Below, one piece after another: positions 13,201-26,990 of a stretch of DNA of 64,000 nt (the stretch's first letter is position 1; every line of letters begins with the position of its first letter). Below the pieces are notes generated by a model. That model was not told where the DNA came from and did not search any database. It was given only the letters and a program-made list of their open reading frames with translations. The translations under genes were made by a program, and so were the position numbers. This stretch comes from the human T2T-CHM13v2.0 reference genome, Homo sapiens. The stretch lies in NCBI RefSeq assembly GCF_009914755.1, contig NC_060927.1. The stretch is one strand, 5' to 3'.

Positions 13201-14324
13201 TACATTATTGTGTACTTTTTAGGAGGCGGGAGAAGGGCAGTATATCTAAAAAAAGAAGGAATATGACACAGCCTAGTTTTTACAAAATCATCAAACAATG
13301 CTTTGAGTTTGTACTCAATTTTTAAATTTGCGAAATAGAATCATTTGAGTTTATAGCTAATTACTTCGTAGATACATTTTTAAAAGTTGAAACACATTCT
13401 GAATAGCAAAAGAACAGAAATAAGAAAAATAAAGAATTTACTATTAAATCTTGTATCTTTTTAATCATACCACAATTCCTTAAAAAATGATTTAACACAC
13501 GAAAGTAATACATACTGCTTTCTTGTTGCTGTTCATTAAATCATTTTCAGGTTTTCATCTGTTAAGTACCACTAACTTTTGCATAATTTTGCAAACAATT
13601 ATTTGATAACCAAGACAGAATTTTCTACCAGATAATATTTAGCTTTACAACGTGATCAAACAACTTATAACTTGCCTAACTCATTTTGCTTAAGAAATTA
13701 TTAGTTGAACCGTGGTGTTCCAAGGTAATATAAACATGTTATAAACCAAAGACAAAAGTAAATAATGGTAATCCTACATCTTTTTACATACCTATGAAGT
13801 TAGATTTTCTCATTTAAACACTCCAGAGAACCCTCCCAGAGCACACAATAACTATGTTCTCATTAAATTAATTGCCCAGTACTTACAGGTTTGAATACAT
13901 TTTATATAGGTGATATTTTATCACCATTCTCCATCATTCAGTTATCCATATTTCATCATATTTCATACAGAGTTTTTTATTTTTATACTATATTTTTATT
14001 TTTATACTATGATTCTATGCATTGTATAGCTTCAATAAAGATTATTCCATTTGCGTATCAAATATTTATGCTAAACCTACACATAATCGCTTATTTCCAA
14101 AGCAGCTGCAATCATTTGACCTAGCTACTAAAAGAACAATTTTACTAAAGGTCTAAATTCTTGCTATTTCCCCTTTGGGGTTATGCTTGTATCAATACAG
14201 AAAGGTAAAAAGGGACTGAGAGACATTAAATCATTTACAAAAATAGAAAATTATTTTATGATAACCATAAGGGCATTGGATAGTGTATGTGTACTCCTGT
14301 GTATGTATCTCTACATGCTCTGTC

Positions 14325-14575
14325 TTCCCTACCTTCTCCTCCCCTTCCTTCTCATCTCCTTCCCTTACCTTCTTTTCCCCTTGTATCTTTCTCTCTCTCT
14401 CTCCATCCATATATTCATTTATCCACTCATTTATTTATTTATACATCAATGCATCAACTACATGTCTGTATCTGTATGTGTGTGTACGTATGTATCTACC
14501 TATCTTTATTGGTCTATGTTTATCTATCTATCATCTATCTGTCTGTCTATTTATCTATCTATCCATTCTCTCCCT
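14325..14575. repeat. CT-rich and (TCTA)n-like low-complexity tract
   Basis: Composition; accounts for the overlapping plus-strand ORFs here. Confidence 0.85.
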
Positions 14576-14899
14576 AAATATCTGGATTTCATTATATTGT
14601 TATGACAAATCCAAAACTTTAGTTAATAAATCTAGACTTATTTCCAACCTAACTTAGAAATTCACTTAAATATAAGGCTTGACTCTGGAGGTCATCAGCA
14701 TCAGTTAGTGTTTATCTAGAGAAAATTTCTAAGTGTGTTATTTTTACAACAGAGACTCAAATGTGCGTGTACCCCAAACCACTGCCACACCTAAAATGTT
14801 AAAAATTCTAGTATTAAATACCCAGTCAGTATTTGCCTTTCTAGAGTCATCTTACATCCACTGTTATAACAATTTGTTTCAATCCGGAACAACAGTAAC

Positions 14900-17200
14900 A
14901 AAAAGCTACTATCTTGCCATTTATACTTCTCAAAACTTTTAAAAATCTATAATTGTCCCTCTCTCAATTCTGATTATTTTATGAGTTTGTTGAAGAAAGT
15001 AAGCTATTCATTCTGTTGAGCTGTAATTTTACTAAGTATTCCTTCACAGTATCATTCAACATATTGCTCTGTCGCTTGTAATTTCATTAAATTGATGTTA
15101 ACTCTAATGTGTTGATCTGATTCTGTCCCCTCACCCCCAAGATTACTTCAGAGATGTGTAGGTTTCCATCAAGAAGCACATAAATGGTGATCATTATATT
15201 TTATATTCTGTAATGAAATAAAGAACTGAACTGCCCAGATTCATTATTTTATTATGGAATGCAAAACGTTGAATTTCTAATTCTAGCAGTAGTTTTTTTA
15301 ACTGGAACACTGTGAAGAGCAATGTCCCCTTAATAATTATTTGGCTATTCTGAGGCAGAGTTTCTACTTGGAAAGCAGAGTAAAAGGTCGATTATTTCTC
15401 TTCATTTGCCAGTACAAATATGTGTTGCTTAATGATAGCGATATGTTCTGAGGAGTGCATCGTTAGGCAATTTTGTCGTGTGAACATCCTGGACTATACT
15501 TTCACAAACCTAGCTGGTATAGCATACTACACACCTAGTCTATATGGGATAGCCTATTGCTTCTAGGCTACAAACCTGTACAGCATGTTATGGTACTGAA
15601 TACTGTAGGCAACTGGAACACAATGGTAATTATTTGTGAACCAAAATATACCTAAACATAAAAAAGTTACAGTAAAAATACGGTACAAAATATTAAAAAT
15701 GGTACACCTATATAAGGCACTTATCATAATTGAAACTTACAGGACTAGACGTTGCCCTGGGTGAGTCAGTGAGTAAATGTGAAGGTCTAGGACATTACCA
15801 TGTACTACCATAGACTTTATATAAACATTGTACATTTTGGCTACACTAAATTTATTTTAAAAATTTATTTTCTCAATAATAATTTAACCATAGCCTAATG
15901 TAACATTTCACTTTACAAACATTTTCATTTTTAAACTTTTTGACTCTTGTAATAATACTTAGCTTAGAACACAAACACATCATACTGCTGTACAAAACTA
16001 TTTCTTTTTATATTCATATTCTCTAAGCTTTATGCAATGTTTAATTTTTTTCAACTTTATAAACATTTAGTTAAAAACTAAGAGATAAACACACATAGTA
16101 GCCTAGCCCTGCACCGGGTCAGAGTAATAAATGTCATTGTCTTCTGTCTCCACGTCTTGTCCCACTGGAAGTTCTTCAGGTGCAGTAACATGCATGGAGC
16201 TGTCATTTCCTATGACAACAAGGACTTGTTCTAAAACACCTCCTGAAGGACTTGCCCGAGGCTATTTTAAAGTGAACTTTTTAACAATTATGTTGAATTA
16301 CTACGCGAAAATAACAAGACATATAGTATAGTAAATATATAAACCAGTAACATGCTTCTTTACTATCAAGTTTTATGTACCATACACAACTGTGTGTGCT
16401 ATACTTTTATACAAGTGGCAGTGCAGTAAGTGTGTTTACACCAGCATCCCCACAGACACATCTGTAAGGCATTGCACTATCACTTTACGAAGGCTACGAC
16501 ATCATTGGGTGATAGAAATTTTTTAGCTCCCTTATAATTTTATGGGACCACTGTGGTATGTACGGTTTGTCTTTGGCCAAAACATTGTTATGCCGCACAT
16601 GATTGTATTTAGAATATAGAGTTGCTCTCCTTACACACATTTTTGGCTGACATAATCTCCTGGATTCAAATATATTTAATGTTTCAATACTTTATAATGA
16701 TTATGCTTATTGATGCTCCTATGTTGTCCTATATTTGGGCAATGGGAGCAAATGCAGGATAGCTTTTAAGTGTTCTTGACATGACCTCTAATCTTTGACA
16801 ATTTTCTTATTTCTGGTATGAAAATATTTGTATTATTTTTATCATATAACTGGAATCAGCTATTTCTCCTAGAAATCTTCATCCCTACTAGTGAGAAAAA
16901 CAGGGGACATTAATCTCACTGCTATTAAATTCATCATAATTTCTATCCTCTTTCAGGACATAAACCTAAAAAATACACATATGTATATATTTTAGTGATA
17001 AAATATATACATTCATTCTGTTTTTCTAGATCATATCTAAGCTTCTGGAATTTTACTTATGTGATTTTATATTTATGTGCCATTGATACTTACAACCTTG
17101 ATTAATAACTGTGTTGTCTTAATTAATGGTTTGCTTCAACGTACGTGCCAGTTTCAGGAGACAATACCAGCATTACTAACAACAATATGATTAGAAAAAA
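14900..17200 (-). mobile_element. Old L1M (L1MC-like) 3' region, split by the Tigger
   Basis: 'ttattgatgctcctatgttgtcctatatttgggcaatgggagc..cttgacatgacc', 'tggaatcagctatttctcc'. Confidence 0.55.
15415..16605 (+). mobile_element. Complete Tigger3b-like (TcMar-Tigger) non-autonomous DNA transposon
   Basis: ~1.19 kb; decayed TIRs (caaatatgtgttgcttaatga / ttgttatgccgcacatgattg); TA on both flanks (15413-14, 16606-07); diagnostic 'ctaggctacaaacctgtacagcatgtta'. Confidence 0.9.
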
Positions 17201-17212
17201 ACAGGTTTTTTT

Positions 17213-17535
<323 letters not shown>

Positions 17536-17765
17536 AAAACATGTTTTTTTTTTTTTTGTAAATGTTCTTCTTCCTTTTAAGACATATTCTATCAATCAGA
17601 TTAGTGTTTCAAAATCACTGAGATAATGGCTCTCTATTGCACTATGCAAACAACTTGCTACAGTTAAACTTGTATTTTACTCCATTTTTTAAGATTTACT
17701 CTTTTAATATATTTTGTTTTACAATTACGGAATGCATGTTCATGTGCCTAAAGTTAATTCCATAA

Positions 17766-18177
<412 letters not shown>

Positions 18178-18299
18178 TGATTTATCCTTTTATTTTGATT
18201 TGTTTGCAGATTTGTTTTTAAATAAAACACACACACATTTATACATGTATTATCTCATCCATCCATTTTTGAATAAATGGAAACACACTAGTAACAATA

Positions 18300-19122
18300 G
18301 TATCCATTTCACTTTATACTTTATTCCAGAAATTTGTTATGTATATAGCTTGTCTTCATTCTTTTCTAAACTCCAGAGTATTACATTGGGTGAATATACT
18401 ATAGTTTATTCAATTAATCTTTATTAAAGGATTTTTGGATTTTATACAGTTCTTCACTATTGGTTTAAAGATGTTCTTTCTTAGTTTTATTCATTGTATG
18501 TTTAATTTCTTTGTATTTTTTGTTTTATTAATCTATTTGCCTGATCTATCATTTTTTTCTTATAGCTATGTTTGTTAACCCATAAATTTGTTTCGTTTTT
18601 ATAATTACTTCCAAGACGTTCTAAAATTTCAGCCTATATTTTCCATTATACCGAATAGTCAATGAATAACTTGGTTACAATGTTTGTTATTTTAATGTCT
18701 TTTGATAAGCAGATATTTTTACATTTTTAATGATTTATCTATTTCATTATTTTAAATTGTATTATTTCTCTTTCTTTCTAGTAAACATTTGTTTAATCTC
18801 AAATCACAAAATAATTCTCTTATGTTTCCTCCCAAACTTTTTTTACTTTTCTGTTCAGGTATATTATCCAACCCAAGTTAATGGTGTGTATGATACAAGT
18901 CAATAATTAGGCACTTTTTTGTCTCCACATATATGGATATCCAGTTTTTCTGGGATCATTTGTTTAAAGACTTTCCTTTCCCACATTGAAAATATTTAAT
19001 ACTTTACTTTTAAAAACGTATTTTCCATTTTTTGAAAATCAAATGACCATGTAGGTATTAGTCTATTTCTGTGCTAGTGTGTGTCTGTGTGTGTGTTTAT
19101 TTGTTGGTTCTTATGCCAGTAC
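18300..19122 (-). mobile_element. Old L1M ORF2/3' region (continues beyond the ERV)
   Basis: 'tatggatatccagtttt..catttgtttaaagac'; 'cttatgccagtac' joins to 'cactgtcttgattactatagc' at 22897. Confidence 0.7.
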
Positions 19123-19654
19123 TGCTAGTGACAGGAGGCAGAAAAATTCCTAGGCAGACAGGGAGAAGTCCCCAGTGGAACTCAATCTTCAAGCCAAAGA
19201 CAGTCTGAAGCCTGAACACCAAACTACCAGTTCCAGATAGAGTCCATAGACCAGAGTGAAAACTTCCTTTTATGTTCGGTGTGCTCAGCTCCTGATTGGT
19301 CCCTGGCCAAACCTTCACTTCAGCCCCTGATTTGTTCTTTACACTACCATACCTCTTTCTGAATGGTAACTTTTCCAAGCCTACCCATAAATCAATCAGC
19401 ACTCATTTCCCCATTCTAAGTCCATAAAAACCCTGGGTTCAGTCTCGCAGCTGACAACTCACTTTCGGGTCCCCTCTCACTGCTGAGAGCTTTCTTTCTG
19501 TCTCTCAATAAAATTATACTCTGCCTTACTCACACTCTGGTGACCATGTAACTCATTCCTCTTGGTTGTGAGACGAACTTGGAACTTGCCGAAATGCGGG
19601 AATGAAAGAACAGTAACACTCCCTCCCACTTGCCGAACTATGAGGGGGAAGAGA
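19123..19654 (+). mobile_element. ERV1 5' LTR (LTR27/LTR28/LTR1-like group)
   Basis: Starts tgctagtgacaggaggcag; cataaaa TATA-like at ~19423; aataaa at ~19507; immediately followed by the PBS. Confidence 0.85.
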
Positions 19655-19659
19655 TTTCT

Positions 19660-19677
19660 TGGGGGCTCATCCGGGAT
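19660..19677 (+). promoter_or_regulatory. tRNA-Pro primer binding site
   Basis: tgggggctcatccgggat; 17/18 match to canonical PBS-Pro TGGGGGCTCGTCCGGGAT, the difference being a CpG transition. Confidence 0.92.
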
Positions 19678-21254
19678 CAGTGGAAGGCTGAGTAAGAGCG
19701 AACCTATGACTCTTTACTTTCAATTCCACTGCTTCTTGTCCTCAGATTTTTTTCTAAAACAGATAAAACTTCGAGCTTCTGTCAGCTAGTTAAGGGTGAA
19801 TTGTATGGCTGCTGGTCTACAACACTCAGGGAACAGGCTTGCTGGGCAGAACTTCGTTAATAACCCTTCACCTTCAGGTGTTGGGAATGCTGGCATTGTT
19901 CCAATCTACTTTATCTTCATGGAAGTCTTACCATGCTGTGGGATCAGAATAAGGTCCTTAAGGTATCTTGCTGAGGCTACACCTTGGTGTTACCTGAAGG
20001 CTCCTGGACAAGCTCCGGTCCCCGAAAGTCCAATTGTGTGTTAGTCAAAGATTTCCAGTCTTTCCTATCATATTTTCTTTCAAGACTATCATGGCTGCTA
20101 ACCCCTCCTTATATACAATGTTACCAGTGGTTTTGCTACCCCAAAGAGATAGTATTACTGGGCAGAATGAGTACTTGGCTTAGTCATCAGGAGTGTAACT
20201 CAGAACAATATGGTTTTTGTTTCTTTCTAGAAAAGAGGGGAATACAAAGATTTAAAGAGCTTTCTTTCCCCTGTTGAAGAAACCCACTGGTACAAAAAAG
20301 GAGGCTATTTTCCCCTAGACAACATTTCATTCTCTGCATTTTAGTTGTTTTTTCAACATGTCAGGAGTCAACACAGTCCAGCAAACAGGAGAGTCAATCT
20401 ATGCTCTATATATATATATATATTTTTTTTCTTTTGGGTGCATTTTGTTAGGCTGGGCCCTCAGTCCTTGGGGCCCTCTCTCTGCCCTCTGCCTAAAGAG
20501 GATCTGGTCCCTCAGGTTCACACTAAAATTTCAGATTCTCTCAATAACTGCAAAATCCACTGGATAAATTGGAACTGATGGCAATTAGACTCTTCCCTTT
20601 GAGTGCTTAATCTGCCTTATTCCTGAAAACCTAAGTCCCTTGCCTGCTGGTCTTATTAAAATCAGCTTGTATGGGTCCTACTGCTTGCTCCATTTGTGAA
20701 TGGAAAAATTCTGCTTGTAATAGGGAAGAAATGGTGCACGTGCCCTGCCAGTTGTTGGCTGCAATTTGGTGAGGGCCACTGGGGACTAATGTAATGGGTC
20801 CGTACACCCTCCTAAGGTACCTCTTTTGTCTTCAGTTAGAATCACTTCTTGACAGGAGAGGGGGACTATGTCTGGGAGTCCACCACTCCCATTTCCTCAG
20901 TGCTATGATCTGACCCTGTCCATCAACTATCAGTTGAGGGATGTTTTGAAAGATTTAAGGATGCTCCCTCTGTTAGAGTTCTTTGACCAAATCCTATTAC
21001 TTCAATGTGTTTTCCAAGCTTCAGTTTGGAGCCCTAGAAGGAAAACTAGATCTGAGGGATCCAGAGGCTGTCAACAGTGAAAGACTAGGGAACAGTGTGG
21101 GTAAGCATGATGATTCCTGCTAAGCAGGCATTCCTGCTTCATGGGTAGAGGCCATGCTTGCATCCATGGTATGACATGGATGCCATAAGCCTGTCCATGG
21201 TGTCAGTACCAGTCACTGAAATTCTGAAGATGCCTCAAATTCAAGATAATAAAG

Positions 21255-21600
21255 ATGGGTAACAAACCGTCTGCAGCCAGAAATCCCCTGGAGTGCATCC
21301 TGAATCACTGGAACTCCTTTGACCCTCAGACTCTAAAGAAAAAATGTTTTACATTCTTTTGAAAATGGGCCTGGCTGGATTATAACTTGCAGGATGGGGA
21401 AAGTTGGCCTCTGGAGGGAAGTACCAATTTTACTACTGTCTTGCAACTGGACTTTTCTGTAGATGTGAAGGCAAATGGTCTGAGGTCCCATATGTGCAGG
21501 CTTTCCTTGGCCTTCAGTGTAATCTAGACCTTTGCTGATGTTGTAGGATTGATCCAGCACTCCTAGCAGTCATCTCAGGAGAGGCTGCAAAGGACAATCC
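21255..21600 (+). pseudogene. gag: Frameshifted gammaretroviral Gag matrix remnant
   Basis: Hand translation across frameshifts: [26 protein letters not shown] / [16 protein letters not shown] / [14 protein letters not shown], matching class I ERV matrix motifs. Confidence 0.85.
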
Positions 21601-21894
21601 TTTGGACTTTCTGGGACTGGAGCAGGTCCAGGAGCTTTCAGGTAACACCAAGGTGCAGCCTCAGCAAGATACCTTAAGGAACTTATTCTGATCCCATGGC
21701 ATGGCAACTTCCATGAAGATAAACTAGATTGGAAAAAAGGCACTAGGGAAGCAGACTCCAGAGGTGTCTCCAGTGTGGGAGTGGGCTCCCTCTGGTCCTG
21801 CTCCTCCTGGTCCATCCTGTCATCCCTATCCAGGTCCTCTCTAAAGCTTGTCCTATCCCAGAAATCCTCATTTTAGGTGGGTCCCAGCCTCACT

Positions 21895-22892
21895 CATGCC
21901 TACCCATGGACCCATCAGATCACATTTCTCCATTATAAGACCATAAAAACCCCAGACTCATTCTTACAGCCACCAACCCACTTATGCTTCCCCTCTCACT
22001 GCTGCAAGCTTTCTTTCTGTTACTCAGTAAAATTCTACTCTGCCTTACTCACTTTCTAGTGTCTGTGTACCTCATTCCTCTCAGTCATGATGATAGTGAC
22101 AGGAGAGAGACAAATTTCTAGGCAGACAGGAATGGGCCCCCAGTCAAACCCAACCTTGAAGCTGAAGAGAATCTAAAGCCTGAAAACTGAACTGGCAGCT
22201 CCAGATAGAGGCCACAACCAGAGGGAGAACTTCTATCCCATATTTCCCCCTCTTCCTTGATTGGTTCCTTATGGATGATGCCTTCTAACCAATCAGATGA
22301 TACTTTTTCTAAGACCACCCATGGATCAATAAGCATGAACGCCTCAATCCTAAACCCATAAAAATCCCAGACTCAGCCTCACAGACAGCTACCTACTTTC
22401 AGAGCCTCTCTTGCAGCTGAGAGCTTTCCTTCTGTTGCTCAATAAAATTATTCTCTGCTTTACTCCCTGGTGTCTGCATACCTTATTTCTCTTGGTTGCA
22501 GGACAAGAATCCCGCCACTGAATGGCGGGAGCAAAAAGAACTGTAACACTCTTTACCACTTGCTGATCTATAGAAGTGAAAAAAGCCACCATGTGCCATA
22601 CCCTCCCGTTTATCAAACTGCAGACAGCAGGAATAAAAAGACTTGTAACACCCTAGCTGAACTGCTAGAGTGAAAAAAGCCACTGGATGCCACTCCCTTC
22701 TGCCCACCAAACTATGAGAACAAAAAAGCTGCAACAGTGGGAAAAGAACTTGGAACTTCTCAAACTACAGAAGTGAAAGAGCCTTAACACTCCCTTCCAC
22801 TTGCCAAACTATGGAAGTGAAGAAACTGCAATACTGTAACATTTCTTCCTGCTCGCCAAACTACAAACTACAAAAGTGAAGAAGCTGCAACA
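21895..22892 (+). mobile_element. 5'-truncated 3' LTR of the provirus, in two pieces (21895-22090 and 22737-22892)
   Basis: Colinear with 5' LTR 19380-19645 once 22091-22736 is removed; ends gctgcaaca. Confidence 0.8.
22091..22736 (+). mobile_element. Solo LTR of a related ERV1 family, nested in the 3' LTR
   Basis: tgatagtgacagg...gctgcaaca termini; flanks atga and gtgg each differ by 1 nt from gtga at the equivalent 5' LTR position. Confidence 0.8.
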
Positions 22893-25800
22893 TTTCCACT
22901 GTCTTGATTACTATAGCTTTACAGGAAGTCTTAGAGTTAAGTAGTGCACATCCTCCAATTTGTTGTTCCTTTTCAAGAACATGTTAACTATTCTACATAG
23001 TCTGTACGTTCATATCAGTTTGTCAATTTTTACAAAATATCTGCCAGGATTAGATTTGGAATTACATTGAATGTTTAAAACAATTTTGCCAAAATGGACA
23101 ACCTTAATATACTGAGTTGACTGATTCATGAAAATCATATGTGGCTGCTCCATTTTTTTTCTTTAATGTCTGTCAAACATATTTCATAATTTGCAGTTTA
23201 TAGGTTACCTACACATTTTATTAAATATATCTCTAAGGTGTTTTTGTTTTTCATGTTAATATTAATTAAATTGTTCATTTTTGTCTTTTTGTTTCCTTTT
23301 AGTATACAAAAATAAAATTTCTAAGTTATTATGTGGATTACTAGAGATTTTATATGTAAATAATGAAGTAATTGGTAAGTAGCTTTTTATTTATTTTCCT
23401 TACCTTACTGCAACAACCTTTGGTGCAATACTGAACAGAAGTGGTGAGATTAGGCATTCTTGACTTTTTCCACAATATATTTGGAAAGTCTTCAATATTT
23501 CACCATTGGATATGATTTCAGTTTTAGATTTACTTACATGCTGTTTATGTGGCTTAAACAATTTCTTTATATTCTTAGGATGCTGAGACTATTTGTGTTA
23601 TTAACAGTGTAAATTTGAATCATGCCTTTTCTGCATCTATTGGAATGATCAAATGCTTTTCTATTTTGTTAATAACAAGAATTACATTGATTGATTTTAA
23701 AATTAATCAGACCTGAGCTAAACATAGGCTGCCATGATATGTGAACATTTTCTATATTGATGGATATGATTTACCAGTAATTTGTTAATGATTGTTAGTT
23801 TGTGTTTAAGGATGATATCATTGTTTACATTTTCTTTTTCTTTCCTTTTTTAGGGGGTAGTTTTATTATCATATTTTAGTATTAGGCATTAGCAAACAAG
23901 TGGGAAAATGTGTTTTTCTTCTCTATTTAAAAGATCATATAAAACTCTGATTATCTGTTTTTTGAGATTTTGATTATATTCACCAGTGAAATAATCTTAC
24001 CTTGGAGGTGTCTTTATGAAATATATTTTATAACTAATAATTTAATTAGTAACTATAGGCTGTGAAGTTTTCTGTTTTACTTCATGCCATTTTTGGTAGT
24101 TGTACTTTTCAAGAAGTGTATTTATTTTATTTACATGTTCAAGTCTATCAAAACAAAGCTGTTATTAATATCCCCTTATTATTTATTTATGTATCATCTG
24201 TGATGATAGTCATGCTTTCAGTCAAAAATGCTGATTTGTGCTTTTTTGGTGTTTTTTAAATTTAATAGCTGAGCTAAAGCATTATCAATTTTGTGGGTAT
24301 TTTTAAATGATCAACTTTGGCTTTATTAATACTCTGTTTTTGCCATTGATATCACTTCTGTATGACGGTCATTCACCCAATTATTATTACTTCATTTCAT
24401 TTGACTCTTTTTTTAGCTTCTTATTTTGGAACCATAATCACTTAGGCTTTTATTTTTCTCTTGTATAAAATGTACAGCTATAGATTTATCTCCAACTATT
24501 TTTGTGGCAGTGTCACACTGTTTTTTGCGTGTTACACTTTCTAGTACAAGATTTTTTTTGCTCTTTGTGTGCATGTGTGATTCTTCTTTGATCTTGAATC
24601 ATTCATAAATGTATTCTTAAACATCCCAGAATATGTATTTTTAAATATAAGTTATTGACTACTGACTAAGTATATTTTCTTGCAAAACTAGTTTTGTATA
24701 ATATTAGAACTTATAAATTATTTAACGTGTTTTAAGTACCATCAAATAGTATATATTGGTACATGTGACAAGTGCAGTTGAAAATAATTCATATTATGAA
24801 GTTGTTAAATTCAGTGTTCTATAGTACAATTAATTCAAGGTCATTGGGAGGAGTTTTTCAAGTCTATGTAATTGCTGATTTTTTTTTAGTTGCTTTTGTC
24901 AGTTTCTGAAAGATAAGTTTACTGTCACACATTCTGCTTATGATATATTCTACTTCTCTTTCTATGCCTATCAATTTACTTTTATGTATTTGAAAGCTCT
25001 TCTGTACATAAACATTTTCAATTTTTTATCTTCTGAATAATCTTTTATCATTATGAAATATTTCCATTTTTTTCTTTTCATATTTCTCATGATACCTACT
25101 TTTTTATAGGAATGTAGAAAACACAGCCTATTTATTCCTTTTATTCCTTTGACATGATGTTTTTTTCTATATAATTATCTTCAACATATCTATGTCTATT
25201 TATTTAAAATATATCATTTGTCAAAGTATTTTTCTCCACTTTGTAAGTAATGCATCATAAACATTAAAGATTAAATATCTTCCATTTAATTAGTGTGTTA
25301 AATTCATTAATATTTAATGCCAATATCAATTACTTTGGATAGAATCGTAGAATTTTAATTTATGTATATCATCTTTCTTATTATTTCTATGGCTCTTTTC
25401 TTACCTTCTTTGGGATTACTTGAATATTTTTAGATTTTTATTTTAGGTTGTCTAATAATTTTTTAGATGAATTTATTTGCATACATTTTTAGTGAGTATA
25501 CTAGGGATTAAAATATAACTCCATCAATTTTCATAATCTACTAAGAATAACATTTTTATACCTGATAAAAAATATATAAATCTTATACATAATAATTCAT
25601 CCCCTTCCAATCTTTCATACTCTAGATGTAAGATATTTGTGTGTGCATGTATATATTCTTATGAAATATATATATCACATACTTATGAGATATACATTAG
25701 ACATTTACATATCTCATATATACTTATGAGATATTTACATATCTCATATATACTTATGAGATATTTACATATCTCATATATACTTATGAGATATTTACAT

Positions 25801-26760
25801 ATCTCATATATACTTATGAGATACATATATATATCATAAGTACATAAGTTTTAAGCTCCACAAGACATTTTTATTCTGCCTTTAAACAATATATACATAC
25901 TCATAATATATATCATATATAATATATATCTTACATACTTATGAGACATATATATCTCATATACACTTAGGAGATATATATATCTCTCGTGTATATTTAG
26001 GAGATATATATATATATCTTACATATACTTAGGAGAGATATACATATATGTCATAAGTACATAAATTTTACGCTCCATAAGGCATTTTTATTCTGCCTTT
26101 AAACAATCAAATGTTGTTAAAATTATTAAGATAAAAATATATTGTTTTATTCACAAATTTACCTTTAATTTTATTTATTTTTTCAGATTAAAATGTTTCC
26201 ATTTGATATTATTGTCCTTTATTTTAAGGACATTTACAGTAAAGGTTTTCTGATAAAAGATTACTTGTTTCTTTTATCTAAAAACATCTTTATCTCAATT
26301 TCATTTTTGAAAGATATTCATAGTGGATGTAGAAACTGATTTTTGTGGCACTTTAAGAATATATCATTCCACTGTCTTCAGACTTTCATTGTTTCTAATA
26401 AGAATCAATAATCATTCAAATTGATATTCTTCTAGACATAATGTGCTGTTTTTCTCTAGTTGCTTTTAATATTTATCTTGATTTTTTCTTTATCTTGGGT
26501 TTACAGTGGTTTGATGATAAGCCTCAGTGATTTTCATTTTCTTAGTTTAAACTCTTCAAGTGTTTTGTTAGGCTTATTGGATCTGTAAATTTGTATCTAT
26601 CATTACATTTGTAAAAATTGCAGTCATTATTTCTTCAAATATTGTCTCCACTATATATATCCTATGTATTCTCACTATTTCAGACTCCAACTACATTTAT
26701 GTTAGAATATGATATTGTTCCATATGCCCCTAAATAGCTTTATTTAATTTTTGATACTTT
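22893..26760 (-). mobile_element. Long, highly decayed L1M tract (ORF2 towards ORF1)
   Basis: T-rich antisense L1 motifs: 'atactgaacagaagtggtgag..ggcattcttgac', 'ttttctgcatctattggaatgatca', 'ttcaccagtgaaa', 'cagtcattatttcttcaaatatt'. Confidence 0.7.
25650..26107. repeat. 30-bp palindromic minisatellite within a ~217-bp duplication
   Basis: Four units of atttacatatctcatatatacttatgagat at 25703-25822; 57-bp block repeated at 25834-25890 and 26051-26107. Confidence 0.93.
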
Positions 26761-26990
26761 TTCTCTACTCTTGAATTTGCAAAAACAAACAAAACACAAA
26801 ACAATTTATTAGTCAATGCTTATATAAATGAATATTAAATAATCTAATGTTATGTTAGATGGATTTTATTATGATGTGAATATCAAATTTTAGCAACAGA
26901 AATGATGACATTTATTAATAGTTTGGTATCATATCAGATAACTTCAATCTGCTTACTAATTTTATCCATTTATGTATTAATAACCTGGAA

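Larger units (their letters stand above)
19655..21890 (+). mobile_element. ERV1 (HUERS-P/MER52-like) internal region: long leader plus partial gag; pol and env deleted
   Basis: PBS-Pro, gag remnant, abrupt join to a partial LTR near 21890. Confidence 0.8.

Noticed and set aside
14183-14657. Three overlapping ORFs of 96-140 aa
   Set aside because: Stop-poor CT/TCTA low-complexity sequence.
19119-22896. TSD for the outer provirus
   Set aside because: Flanks gtac and tttc match only 2/4, so it cannot be asserted.
25639-25839. Repeat protein (MRYLHISYIL)n, or CRISPR-like array
   Set aside because: Head-to-tail 30-bp minisatellite with no unique spacers and no cas genes, in primate DNA.
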